DNA of 64,000 nt from Guillardia theta CCMP2712 (taxonomy: Eukaryota; Protista; Cryptophyta): assembly GCF_000315625.1 (NCBI RefSeq), contig NW_005434659.1:104335-168334 (forward strand), written 5' to 3'. The translations under genes were made by a program, and so were the position numbers. The notes below the pieces were generated by a model that was not told where the DNA came from, did not search any database, and worked only from the letters and a program-made list of their open reading frames with translations. Shown here piece after piece: positions 1 through 12,620 of this stretch (the stretch's first letter is position 1; every line of letters starts with the position of its first letter).

Positions 1-659
1 CTTTGCGGTGTGGCTGCCAGGAGAAAAAAATAATAGCCGAATCAGTCAACAATCATCACGACTGAAGTCATCTGCATACATACCTCTTCGATCTCCTTGT
101 CTTTCCTTTGCAACGTTTTCTATGGTATCATGTTCTTGAAAAATATTTGACGCGGCACTGTCAAGAACATATTCATCTTCTCTCGCCATCGCTGAAAGTC
201 AACAACTCTCTCTCATGTTCTGTCAGATAACAATCTCATGGATCCTATCCTCTTCACCACAGAGAACATCCCTCATGTTTCTTTCAACCTCGCTCTTGAC
301 TCGTTCAGCGTATCTGGCTACCAGCCTCATCTCTTCCCCTCATCTGGGTTCTGGGATCATGGATAAACAAAACTTTTCCTTGCAGGATCTAGAATTTTTC
401 GACCTTCATGTCTCCTGTTTGCTGCTCTTGCGCCCACTATTTTGTCCTGTCTGGTCTCGATTCATCAAGTCCTTCTGTCCTGCTACATGCTTCTCCCGCC
501 ATGACTCTTCACAGCCCTATGCTTCCATTCCACCTATCGGATATGATGGCCTGCCATCAGACCCGACAAGTGCGGCCATTTAAGCAGGGGGTGGTCTGGC
601 AGACCAATGGGTACGGCAATCGATCTAGGATTTTCTTGATCACCGGTCATACCTAGTAC

Positions 660-1330
660 CCACAATAATAAGCACAAAAGCACGGGCAATATCCAACTTT
701 AAAGGGGTACATTCTGATAATTACCGAAATAAGTGGGTAGGGGTAGTGAGTTTACTTGCATGTTCCCATGGGATGTGGGTGGGTGGTGTATGAGTGAGGC
801 GGGCCTGAGTATCCTCCCGGCCGGACCGGGCCCGCCGCAGCTGAGCAACCGATTCCACTTGATTCGAATCGATTCGGTCCGATTGAATTTGGGGAACATG
901 GGTCTGCGGGGGGTGGGGTTATCAATGTACGGGTTATTATAAAGGTAAAAAATGGGGTGTAATGAGGAAATGACGTTTTCGAGGGGGTGGGGGCCTTACG
1001 TTTCTATTGAGTAAAAGTCAGCAGGACGTAACTGAGAAGGGGTAGCGAAAAGTAGCTTGTCTTCAAGGACCGGGTACTTAAATACCATTTTCAGTCGAGA
1101 GGGTGGGTACTTTGGAGATTCGGATAGAGGGTACGTTACCAAGGGGGTCAAGGCAATACATCCCAAGGGGTAGGGTATGTTTTGAAGGGGTAGTGTAGTA
1201 GCATATGTCCCTATTACCCCTACTTTTAGCTTATTTATATCCGGTATTTTGATAGCAAGGTTTTCCATCGAATCAAGGGTGGGTAGAGTAGGGTACAAGC
1301 CAGGGAGGGTGGGCATACCAGTGTAGAATG
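660..1330. promoter_or_regulatory. G-rich non-coding intergenic region with GGGGT/GGGTA motifs and a CCGG-rich palindromic core (~800-890)
   Basis: Dense GGGGT/GGGTA words, CCGGCCGGACCGGGCCCG, and overlapping palindromes GATTCGAATC/CGAATCGATTCG. The same vocabulary occurs upstream of many ATGs in the window. No credible ORF. Confidence 0.45.
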
Positions 1331-1867
1331 CAACAAGGGTGAAGGTGGTTGAGAAGTAAAGGAGGAAGGGGAGAGGGGGAGAAGGGAAAGGTTGGAGAAG
1401 AAATGGATGAGGTAGTCGGGGGCTTGAGGTTTTGGAGAGATGACTTCATCTTAGATGTAGGACAACGAGTGATAGTTGTTGTTTGACAGGAAAGAATTAA
1501 TGTCAGAAGACGTAGTTGATAGTATTTGCTTTCATACGACAATGCTGTTGATGGATCAGGCGGAATTTCAAGCAAACATTAAAAGAAAGACCATCAACGG
1601 ATGATTCTGTTGATTGAAACACTATTCAGTTAGTATTATACTAGGGGAAACCAAATTCTGGAGGATTTGTTCGAGATACCTCTCTTGCTAGGATGAGTCT
1701 CATTTCTTATTCGAAACTGTATGCACAATTTTGTGCCAAACAAGATTGTCGTTCTACATTTTCACGATTGACGTCTCTTCTTAGGTCTCGTCAACGACAA
1801 CAAGCTTACCCTCCTCTTCCTATTCGACTTTCATCTATTTCTTCGACTTCCCCAAAACTGCAGTGAA

Positions 1868-2217
1868 ATGATCCTTACAAGAAACCTTCTGTATGGCGCG
1901 GTCGGAACTCTTGCAGCAGCAAGTGCTGCAGCGACTGTGGCATTTTCGAGCCAAACTCGTACTTTCACCACGACGACTTCCAAAACTTCGTCTCAACCTA
2001 TTTCTGAGTCCGAAGGGAAAGATTGTGATTGCGCGCCCCTCTGGACTTGCATGCAAACCAAATGCGGAGGAGAACTCTGCTCCGAGTGCTCAGGTCTCGA
2101 GACTCAGCTGAGAGCCTGCCTTGCCAGGGTGAGTGATTCTTGTTGCATGTTCCTTGTCTTGATGGGGCTTCGCTGACATGATTGGGACAGATGAAGGCCT
2201 CGCCCAAGTGGGGTTAA
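1868..2217 (+). CDS. Small Cys-rich (CHCH/CX9C-like) protein with a probable mitochondrial presequence
   Basis: Exon 1868-2128, intron 2129-2190 (GTGAGT...CTGAC...CAG), exon 2191-2217 (MKASPKWG*). The N-terminus is R/S/T/A-rich without acidic residues. The C-terminus reads CDCAPLWTC...CSGLETQLRAC. Confidence 0.6.
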
Positions 2218-2469
2218 ACCTACGTTTGCTGTGATTGTAGTTTTTCTCTGTTTCAATCGTGCTTTGAGACACATTGTTGAGCGTATTTACTAAAATACGA
2301 GGTGCCCATATGCGGCCATGTTGCACATTAAAATTTCCAACTCTCGCTGCTGGTTTTCCTTTGAACAAATTTATATCTTCACAGAACATTTATAGAGTAG
2401 TTTCTAGCTATCGGCTCGACCGTTATCAGATGCTTGAAAGAAAGAATAAATAATGTTAGTAAGACTATA

Positions 2470-3955
2470 CTATGATGCGGTCACGGGTTCTCCAGAAGAG
2501 AAGTGACCATGGCCCATCCAGGGCTCGTCGACGATGTCACTCTTGCAAGGTGATTCCGAGAGAATGTCACTTCCTGAGTCTGACCTGAGAAGCGATCTCG
2601 TTGTGATCCTCTTGAGCCCCAGAGGCTGAGAAGACTTTGTGACCGGCTCCTCCTCAAACCTTCTTGACCTTGGCATATCGTCAATAGTCTCCAGGTTGTT
2701 CAGCAAATTTTCAAGTGAAGGGAGGGAAGAAACGAAATTTTCAGACTGAACTCCTGCTGGCATATCCTCGGTGTTAGACGGATGGAAGACTGGCATGTCG
2801 TCTGGTCCATCCTCAATAGGCATGCGCTCAAATGAGCCCAACGGTGCAGGCATCGCAGAGCTCTCATTGAACGTCTTGTTCAACGGTTCGTAATCCTCGT
2901 CCACATGAGAGAAGAGGCATTCTGCAGAATGGAGTTCCTCAGTTCGCTCTCCGCTTGCATAGTCTGCAAAATTCGCAGGGACCGAAACAGGTCTTGATTC
3001 TGCGTTCGTGCCCAATGAAATCACCGCGAACGAAGCGTTGTGGACGGCATAAAGAGCTGGATCTTCAGCCTTCTTGCTCAGATCACGACCAGCAACCAGT
3101 ACATCACAGCAATTTTCCATCGCCACCTTCATCAAAGATTCTGCTACCGGGCCCGTAGCCCTCAAGCGCTTGACGCTCTTGATACCCAGCTCGTTGCATT
3201 TCTTCTCGAACACATCCGAAAGGATCTCCACTTCAATTCTGGCAAGCTCGTCCTCTTGCAAGGAGCTGGTGCTTCTTGGGCGTAGGATCAACGATTTCCT
3301 CACTGCCTTCGTGGTGATGACCAGATACACCTCATCTATATCCCTGCACAGTAACTTGGAGGCTGCCCAATCAAACGCCAATTTTGAAGCATTTGTGCAC
3401 TCGACGTGAAAGAAAACCCGCCTTGGCAAAACAGTCAGGAATGCGCCAGCTTCGTCCTTAGGCTTCTTGATGACCATCACGGGGCAAGTACAGAGCTGAG
3501 CAACTTTAGAGCTGACCTGAACAGCATGTAAGGACAAGCCTAGATCAAATCTCAAATTCACTTACCGATCCGAGCACAGCCCTTTTGAAGGTGTTCAATC
3601 CACGACTCCCGATCACACACATGTCACAACTGTTTGTCTTTGTCGCCTCGCTAATCACGACCTCGGGCGACCCCTGAGCCAGGACAACGCGATAATTGAC
3701 TCCTTTAGCATTGCAAAGATTTTCATATTTCAGCAGAACTTTCACTCCAAGCTCTCTATTTGCATTGGTCCCGAAAACAGTATCGCGGTCATATGCATGG
3801 ACTAGGATCACCAAATCCTGCTTTCGAAAGAGGTTTGCACGAGCCCAGGCAAACGCTGCTCTGGTCTCAGCTGTATCATTTACCGCCATGGCGATCGTTC
3901 TCGCTGGTGCATCATGCCTCTGACACCAGCTTTGAGCATTGTATTGTGTGGTCAT
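2470..3955 (-). CDS. Universal stress protein with two USP domains and an acidic C-terminal tail
   Basis: IAMAVND...AFAWA...LVHA...GSPEVVI...DMCVIGSRG...LGS|VSSKVAQLCTCPVMVIK is a classic USP domain. One short intron at ~3518-3567. A second, degenerate USP domain follows (GPVAESL...DVLVAGR). Confidence 0.85.
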
Positions 3956-4159
3956 AGACAGACGATATCCTCTCTGTTGATTTTCAAACCTTGCATACAC
4001 AGGGGTGCTAGTATATGGCCGTGCACAAAAGGGATAGCTCCCAAATTCGTTCTACGCCCACATAACAGATTTCCTATACCAAGAGCTTCCGAGGCGGTGA
4101 TAGGAGAGAAATCGTGAATTGCGAGGGGGGAGAATGACAGAGAACTAGGTTTCAGTGAG

Positions 4160-5980
4160 ATATCAGGAGGAGCTGGGAGGCGGTTGGCAGAGAATGCAGC
4201 GGGAAGGAACGGGAAAGGAGCGGATAGGAGGGAGGATCGTCACGCTGCTTGAGGAGAGGAGGCCAGAAGTACATGGGGTGGGTGGGTTATCTCTGTATAA
4301 AAAGTAGGGTGGGGGTGTAAAAGGTTGTGTTTTTGGTGGTATTGGATGGGGTGATATCCCAGAGATTGTATGGGGTAGGGTCATGTGGTATTCAGCTTTG
4401 ACGGTGGGTCATCAATATGGAGGGTGGCATAAGTCTTGGGGTGCATTTCATTGATCATGTACCGGTACTTCGATGTTATGTCAGGGGGTTCTGAAATGAT
4501 GGGTTCCTTTTTCATGGGGTCGGAAAGGACATGGAGGGGTACGAGTGGGGTCAGGGTAGTCTGGGGAGGGTAGGGGTACACTTGAAGAAGTCACACCACC
4601 CTATTGTGAGATAATATTCCACCAACAGGCTAGGTACAATGATACCCCACACCTTCTGATCAAAATTTTTAATAATAGTGGGGTACCTGATACCACCCGT
4701 GGTACCTCGAGGCGTGATCAGGATCAAAGCCTTGGGTGATGGTCGAAAACGACCCCCTTATGATATTGGTCAGGGGGTAGGGGTAGGGGGGTTCTGGACG
4801 AGATGTTGGGGGCTTCAGCAGTACGAGGGGATCTTATCATTTAGTATGAAAACAAGGGGTACTGTGATACAACTTAGGGGGTGGTTATCCATGGAATTGA
4901 GAGAAATATTTTGTGACGCCTAGGGTGGGGTAAGGTACCAAGGCAGGGGAAAGGGGGGGGTCACTTCAGTAGTGGATACCAGGGAGATGGGGGAGGTTTT
5001 GAGCAGATACTACGATATTTTATAAGATAAAATTTAAACCCGTGATCTGGTTTTAAGATCAAAACGTTTGAATGCAACCGTTCGGGTTTCGCAGCTTATG
5101 AAAATGGATCCTGGGGGGCATAACGGTGTTATTCCTGTGGTAAATGAGGTATTTCTAAAAAGTATTTATAACGGGGGTCATATCTCCTCGATACCAGATA
5201 GTTTTCCGATATGTCTTATTTTCGAAATTCCTCTTGGGGCGCAACTAACCTTTCCAATCGAAACGATGGGGGTTTGGGACAAACCTAGAGGGTACCTAGA
5301 TTGCTCTAAATTTTTGTTAAAGTTTTTGAAGTTCGCCTCTGTATTGAATTAGCCAAAATGTTGAGGACAGTGCTGTAATGCTTCTCACAAAGTCGATGTA
5401 TTGCTGACTGTCTTTTTTGCTGTGCTGAACGGTACCATATAAAACCTTCATTTTATAGTAAAATGAATACTTGAACTGAAAAAGAATTTTAAGGGACTCG
5501 TGCAGGGCATGTGGACGTAGAGACGGGGTCGTATCTGAAAAAAATGGAGGGGGCTCCCCATGGAGGAGGTAGGTAGGGAAATAGTGTGGGTAGGGTACTC
5601 GACAAGGTCGGGATTCAGCACCATGGGGTATACACAAGGTTTTGACAGAGGACGCACAACAGAGAAACTGAGGGAGTAGGGGTATAGATTTACACCTTCA
5701 GACTTCGGGTACCCTACAACCCCTTGGAAATATTTTCAGCTCAACCCTATATGTGCAGCGTAATTTAGGGGGTGGGGGTGATTGTCCAGATTACCTCTTG
5801 ACAACGAACAGGTGTAACATTTGTAGAAATGGGGGCCAGAGGAGACGGACCTGAAAACTCCGCAAATGTGAAGAGCTCAAGGAGTTTTAAATGGTGCCTT
5901 GAAAAAGAGGAGAGCTAAAAGCATTAAAATTCCCCGGGGGCCGGCCCGCCGGCTCCACGACCGGCATCGGGTGAGATTTT
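4160..5980. promoter_or_regulatory. Long divergent intergenic region (USP / GH36) rich in GGGGT/ACCCC motifs
   Basis: Repeated GGGGT, GGGTA and ACCCC words; CCGG cluster at ~5931-5970; AT-richer inner block at ~5010-5490. The ORFs here look spurious. Confidence 0.45.
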
Positions 5981-5999
5981 CGGGGGAATGGGCGTAAAC

Positions 6000-8900
6000 A
6001 TGCTGGAACTGGACGATGGAGGGTGGAGGATAAAGACAGCGAGAGAGGAGAGGAGGAGGAGGAGATCTTCGTTCCTCGCTACCACAACATCGCACACACC
6101 CTCCCCTTCATCAAAGAACTTCGCATCGCGCAGCGCGAAAGCCTTCGGTTGGCGAGTCAAGTGCAAGAATTTGCTCCAAGTGTCAGCGTGGAGGAGGAGA
6201 GGAGGGCTATGCACTGGAAGACTGGTGGTCACGGACGAAGCCAGCGAGAGAGAAGAAGAGGTTCGAGGAGTCGGACTCTGCAGGATCAGAAGGTATTGTG
6301 GACAGATAGTGGGCGAGAACATTCCGCGTTTACCTGCGTGGATCGAGTTTGGAGAGAAGGAAGAAGACAACGTATTGATATGGCGAGCAGAGATCGAGAG
6401 CTGTGAGGAGCCTATCTTCCTTGAGACTATCACCATGTTTGACGGAGAGGTGACGACCGAGCTGTCAGCTTCGCATGCTATCCAGCAAACTCGCACTCGC
6501 AAGATGGAAATCTTGATGTGGACCTTCATCAGCCTGGCTCTCTTCCCTATTGCCTTTGCCTCCCTCAAGGTGCCTCGGATGCTGCTGATGCCTCTTACGG
6601 TCCTCTCCTCCCTGCTGTTGGCCTCCGTCATCCCCAAACTTCAATGCCGCTACGTAGGAATGGAGGAGGTCTGGACTTCGGCGATGTTGAACGGTTGGCA
6701 AAGTTTCAGCTATGCAGGAGTGATCAAGTTTTCCGCGTGCTTCGGCGTTCTTGGCTCCATCAGGAGGCTTCTCTGCAGGTTGAACATCTTGCCGCTTCAA
6801 GTCAGACAACAAACAGGCTGGCTCTTCTCCGGGCCCTTTCATGATGGTCTACCTACCATCTCAACCTTGTGACCTTTCTAACGATTTGCTGCAAGGTGCA
6901 AGAATGCCGCCCAACCCTCTGTTTGGGAGGTTGAGGTTCCTGCCGAGTAGCTTCGGTCCAGGCATCGTCCGCAAGTATGCTCCTTGCGTCAGCGACATGT
7001 TCGCCGTCCTCTACGTCAGGATGGATGAGTTTCCGGGCCATTCAAACGCGACGTTCCAGTTTGTTGCGGGGTTCTTGTCTCAGGTCAGAGATCGGGCGGG
7101 TCGTTGCAACTTGTCTTCTGACGATTTGATCAACTGCAGCGCGAACAGTTCGGGTGCATCGCTCTCAACCCGTGGAAGCAGCATGTCAGCATGCATGCCA
7201 GCTGCGACGGGATTCTGTTTTCGAAGCACAGCAAGGCCTCCTCCTCCCTCGGCTCGTTGCAGTCAAGCGGCGATATGGCGAGAGGAGCCAACAAAGTTCG
7301 AACAGACTGGGCGATCATGTTGTGGTCGGATGGGGACACATTCGAAAGTTATCTCAAGGCTGTCGGAGAGCATTGTCGAGCGAGGGTACCGGCAGACTGC
7401 GAGCAGGATGGAGGGGATTTGAGTGCGTGCGAGTTGGGTCCGGGGATGCCGACGGGCTGGTGCAGCTGGTATGAGTACATGGAGAAAGTTTCGGAGCAAG
7501 ACTTAGAGTTGAACGCGCGCAAGCTGCACGGATGGCTGAAGCAAGGGGTCGACTTGAGGGTGTTACAGCTCGACGACGGATATGTCGATCACTGGGGAGA
7601 CTGGACCAAGAGCTCAAAGAAATTCCCGGAGGGAGCGGGGAACGTCGCAAGCATTGCCGGGAGATATGGCCTGGCAGGAGGTGAGTCAAGAGTTGTTCCC
7701 TTAGCTTCTTTATGTTTGTTTCTCGTCCCAACGACTCTGTCTGCAGGACTCTGGATTGCGCCGTGGGCTGCGGATAAGGATGCTCTTGTCGCAAAGGAAC
7801 ATCCTGAATGGGTTCTCAGAGCAGACTCGTGGGGAGATGCGTACAAGTCGCCATGGCTGTGGCTGCTGGACTTGTTCTCGTCAAGAGCTGCCAACAGTGG
7901 ATTTACACACCCGGGAAAGTGGTTCTACGGACTAGATGCTACTAATCCTGAGTGAGGGCTGGGAAGGGAGGGCGGGCGGAGAATCTGACATGCCTTGCCA
8001 GGTGTCGAGCGCACGTGAAGTCTTTCATCCAAGAGTTCGTGCAGCAGCACGGCATCAAGTTCCTGAAACTCGACTTCCTGCATGCAGCAGCCCTCCCAGC
8101 GCTGCATTTTGATCCAGCGCTCACAAGAGCTCAGGTGAAGCTCCTTCTGATGCCGACCCTCGACCTGATGGCGTGTCGAGGTCTTTCAACTCGCCCTGCA
8201 GACTCTCCGTGAAGCCGTGGGCGATGCTTTCTTCCTGGCTTGTAGCTGCCCAATGGGTGCAGCAGTGGGATGGGTCGACGCGATGAGGGTATCAGCAGAC
8301 ACAAACCTCTCTTGGAAGCCGGTCTTGACTCGCTCGCCTCGTTGCCTTGAGTCTGACTCTGAGGCTCAGTGGCCGATCTGGTGGGACAAGACCAACTTGC
8401 CGTCGGGGAGGAACATGATGCGCAACTCGCTCGTCCGGCATCCTATGCATGGCGTGTGGTGGATGAACAATCCTGACTGTCTGGTGCTCGCAAGGTGTTT
8501 CTCACTCTGCCTTCCAAGTGACCCCCGTCTGATTCTGCTGCAGTTCCGATCGCGATGGTTCAACCAAGCAAAGTTACGCTGAGGCCATTGGGAAAGCAAC
8601 TCTAGCAGGTAAGCCACATCGATCCGCAGTCAGAGTCAGTGAGTCTGCGGGCAGGAATGACCGGGGGGCTTCTGTTTCTTTCCGACGATCTGCTCTCCCT
8701 CCCCGTAGAGCGACTCCGCATCCTTCAGTGTCTGTTTCCCCCGCTGCACTCCCAACCCAGGTCGCTCGTTCTACCCGCGCACGTCATCTTCCATGGTCAG
8801 AGCGAATGCCCTGAGGTTCTAGTCAGCGAGGTCTGCTGGTCCTCTGCTGGGGGGTGAGGGTGGAGTTACTTGCAAGCAGCTGACAGGGCCGGAGGGCACC

Positions 8901-9527
8901 TGGATGTTAGTCGGCCTCTTCAATCTGAGCGACCACCATGACGCCCGGGCTATCGCCCTCACGTCTCTCCCCCTCCACCTCCGAGACGACGAAGAAGTCA
9001 GAGAGCCTCCTCTTTTCCCCTCGGGTGACCTTCCTGCAGGTCGTGGTGTATGACTTCTGGAACGGACAGGTCTGCACCTGTACCTCCAGCCACAGCTCGT
9101 CTCACTCTCCCCGCAGTGTACGAGAGGCTGGGCCTCTGCCATCTGTGCCATTCAGATCCCCGCGCATTCCGCTGCTCTCCTTGCTGTGAGTTGCGTCAGA
9201 GCGTCCCGGAGCCGCTGATGCTTGCTCTAGGTGCGGTACAGGAGGACGCGGGAGGAACCGAGCTACCTGGGCTCAGACCTTCACTTCTCGTGCGGTTTGG
9301 AGCTGAAGAAGTGAGCCAGGGACAAGAGTATCCTGTGTTGATCCTGAACCAGGTGGGAGACGGCGGACAAGTCGATATCGATGGAGCTCAGCGTCCCCAG
9401 AACTGCTCAAGGGAGCGTTTGGATCAGTCTGCCGCTCGAGGACTGTGAGGTAGAGCTGCAGTCGCATGTCAGCACAGCCCGTGACCTGTGTCGCTGCAGC
9501 ACTGTAGCGACTCCACACCTCGAGTGA
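6000..9527 (+). CDS. Glycoside hydrolase family 36 alpha-galactosidase (melibiase-type), multi-exon
   Basis: Motifs NGWQSFS, PTGWCSWY, LQLDDGY, WGDW...KFPEG, GLWIAPW, LDATNPE, FLKLDF (nucleophile), DAMRVSAD and WWMNNPDCL are spread over exons joined by short introns. Last exon is TVATPHLE* (TGA 9525-9527). The start codon is uncertain. Confidence 0.85.
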
Positions 9528-9737
9528 TCGGATCGGCTTACAAAGGAGGAGCCGTCAACAGGGCCTCCTCGCCTGGTCCCTCATCTTTCTCTTCCCCTCT
9601 GGCTCCGGCTGAACTTGTTGCAGGAGGGACACCGATGAATTGCATATGGAGGATCCCTGTAGTGGTCGAGGAAGGATGCCAATCGCTGCTCGAGATCTCC
9701 TGGGCTTGATCGCCCATGATCATCTCCACTCACTCCC

Positions 9738-12453
9738 TCAGCGGACGTGTCGCTTGTGTATGTAAACAACAGGAGGGTCCCATTGGCTCGTCCTTGTAAT
9801 GGTGTTGTAGTAGAACTTGTTTCCCTTGTCGTCGTGCTCCAGCCGCCAATGAGGCGGGAGGATTGCTTTGTTCCCAGCCAAGGCAACATATTCTCCTTCT
9901 TCTTCGGGCCCTCCATCGCCCTCGTCCTTCCATGCATGTTTCGGTGACTTGCCCGCGGCACCGCTGCTGTTTTCGTCGGACAGGAACTTTGACAGGAGAG
10001 CGACTCTGGTCTCGAGGGTCTCAACCAGCGACGAGAGCTCGGTCACCTTGAGTTCAAACTTTCCCAGCTTCTCTCGAACTTCTTGCAACTCCTCCCAATC
10101 TCGATCGAGGGACGGCATCAGCAGGAGCTCCTCGTACTCTTTCTCTCTCTCCTCATTGAACCTATCGGTGTCCGTCTTCTTTCCCCAGTAGAACATTGCT
10201 CGGAACCTCCGCAGGATCAGCTTCTTCATCATCGAGCGAAACTTGGTGGCCATGGGGTCGTCTATGCCGTTTCTAGACACCTGCATGAACTTCTGGTTGA
10301 GAATGGCCGACGAGATCCTGACCAGACCGAAAGTGCAGATGATCTGAAAGAGAAACAAGAGGAAGGAAGCCAGGATTGCATTTGACTGCATCAAGGAAGT
10401 GAAGTTGTTGTCTCCGCGCATCATCATCTTGTATTGCTCGTAACAAGAATCGAGAAAAGAAGAGAAGTTGGACACGTCTATCCCATATGCCACGAAGAAG
10501 CTCACCCCGAATACAATGTTGCAGAAAAAGATCACCACGAGGAGTGTTGTCAAGTCATCGTAGGACTTGAAGATCGTGTATGAGATGTTTGCAAACCGAT
10601 CGTTGGTGAACTTGCTGAAGCTAAAAGCTCGACCCCAAACGAAGATGCTGTTGAACGAAGTCCAATTCCATATCTGTGAGTAAATCCATCCTAGATTCTC
10701 GAAGTCTAACTCCGCAAACTGAAGATGAAAGTGAGAGAGCGTTCACAGTTAGCCAACTTCACCTTGTCGTCTTTCTGCTGTGATGAATTCACGTATGGTA
10801 TCGATATGATCAGGAATTGTATCCGAAACGCTAGACTGATGAAAAACACCAAATACATCATAAGGTTCAGCCATTTCCTTGCAGCTTGTATCAGCTCACG
10901 GTTTCAAATTGTTCGCAATTACCAAGGGTTTCTCCAAAACCTTGCACCGAGAGCGTTCCATTCGAAGACATCCTGCACGATCAGAAGTAGCACGAACACA
11001 TGAACAATGATGTCGAAAATCAAAGCAGCATATTGCCTGCAAACAAACTAGTTACAAACATTCTCCACCTTTGCAAGAACCTCTCTGAAAAAATCCCATC
11101 CTGAAAGCGCGAAACGAGCTCACGGGAACTACTTTACCTGTCGCGAACATTGCGAGTAAGCATATCAGGACGTTACAAAAGAGAACGCGAATACCGTAGA
11201 AGGTGAACTCAAAGAGGAGGCGGAGGGAGAGGAAGTAGTTGAAGAACGGGTTGTAAAGGTTGATGTCGAACATGACGGCTCGGGTCTTTCGGTCTGTCCA
11301 TCTCTACTTGAAGTTCAGAGACGAGGTGACAGTCGGAGAGCAAGGAGGCGGAACCTGCGACTCGAGGTACTTGAACATGCTCAACACTTCTCCTCTCGTG
11401 TAGTTCACGGGGATGTCGATGGCATATCCCCCGCCCTGTGAATATGCCATGACGAGCATGCGATAAGGGGGAGGAGACCTGCCTCATAGTAGCCCAGGCT
11501 TGCCGTCATGGGATAGGAGTTTAGCTCTGCTGCCGTGCGGTAGAAGAGTTTGGTAGGAGGAGGCCACCCGGCGATGAAGGAGTCGGGCGGCATGTTGGCT
11601 GTCGCTCATGTCAGTGAGGAGGAGAAGAGGGAGGACAGGTCGGACTGTTATCAGGGAAGCAGCTCCTCATGTAGGGCCTCAACCGTGATGGGATGAAGAA
11701 GCTCCCGTCCTCGCACGAGACTTCCTGCGTCCGAACTTGTCTGAGACGGAAAGCTTGTACAATCACGTTATAATGCAGCACTATTCGTTCAAAGTAAGCA
11801 TGTAGCATCTGAGTACAAACAAGCGCACCAGTTCTCTTCTGCTGATCGGTATAATTGTCGTGATTGTACCATGTTTCTTGGAAGAGATACTGAGGAACGA
11901 CAGAGTTCATGTAATTCCAAAAGTCTGACTGGGTAGAAATGTTCTCGAACGTCTTGAAAAATGGATCCACAGGAAATGGCCTGTTTACATGAAGTCAGAA
12001 TGTCAAGGATAAAACGTTCAACTGATACATTCCTTTTCATGATGACACTTCTGACCGTGTCGACATAGTTGTATGCATCATGAACATCGCGCTGAAGGTA
12101 TGTAGATGTCGTGAAAAGAAGCAGGAAGCAGGCGTAGAACACGACTTCTCGGACCTTCTGCCTGCGAAATATATCGATAGCTTCCTGCAGGTTGATGTTT
12201 GCCTTGGCCTTCATTCCAGCAGCTTGCAGCAGGCGACGAGCATACGCAGCATGTTCCGAGTCTGCATCCTCCGACTCCACTGTCTCTTCCGTTTTCAACA
12301 TCGTCGACAAGAGCCAGAACAAGTTGCGGAGGGCTCGACCTATCGCACGATGCTGCTGCCTTCTCGTTTTCCTCCTGCCACGAGCTCCTCGTCCTCGTCC
12401 TCTCCCTTTTCCTCCTTCTCCTCCTCTGCCAGCCGTGTGCGACTCCCCGCCAT
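9738..12453 (-). CDS. Polycystin-2 (PKD2/TRPP)-like cation channel with C-terminal coiled coil and WW domain
   Basis: TM1 VVFYACFLLLFTT; TOP domain with DFWNYM, RLRQVR, DRKTRAVMFDINLYNP and LLFEF; S5-pore-S6 region FFVAYG...FSSF...MMRGD...ISSAILN; coiled coil; WW motif LPPHWRLEHDDKGNKFYYNTITRTSQWDPP. Start is ATG 12453, with 12559 as an alternative. Confidence 0.85.
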
Positions 12454-12620
12454 TACAGTAGCAGTAGGCCCGCCTGGGAGCTGAGTGCAGTTGACTAAAA
12501 CCACTCCAATACGAGAGCTGCGAGGGTTCTGACGGACTTGTTCTGCTCCTCGTTGCCATGCGGCGGGCTGGTATGGAGTACCAGGTCTCTTTACTGGTTT
12601 ACAATACAGCACTACTACTG

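Noticed and set aside
1-600. Possible minus-strand gene start at the window edge
   Set aside because: The ATG at 502 meets an early stop and no consistent exon model could be built.
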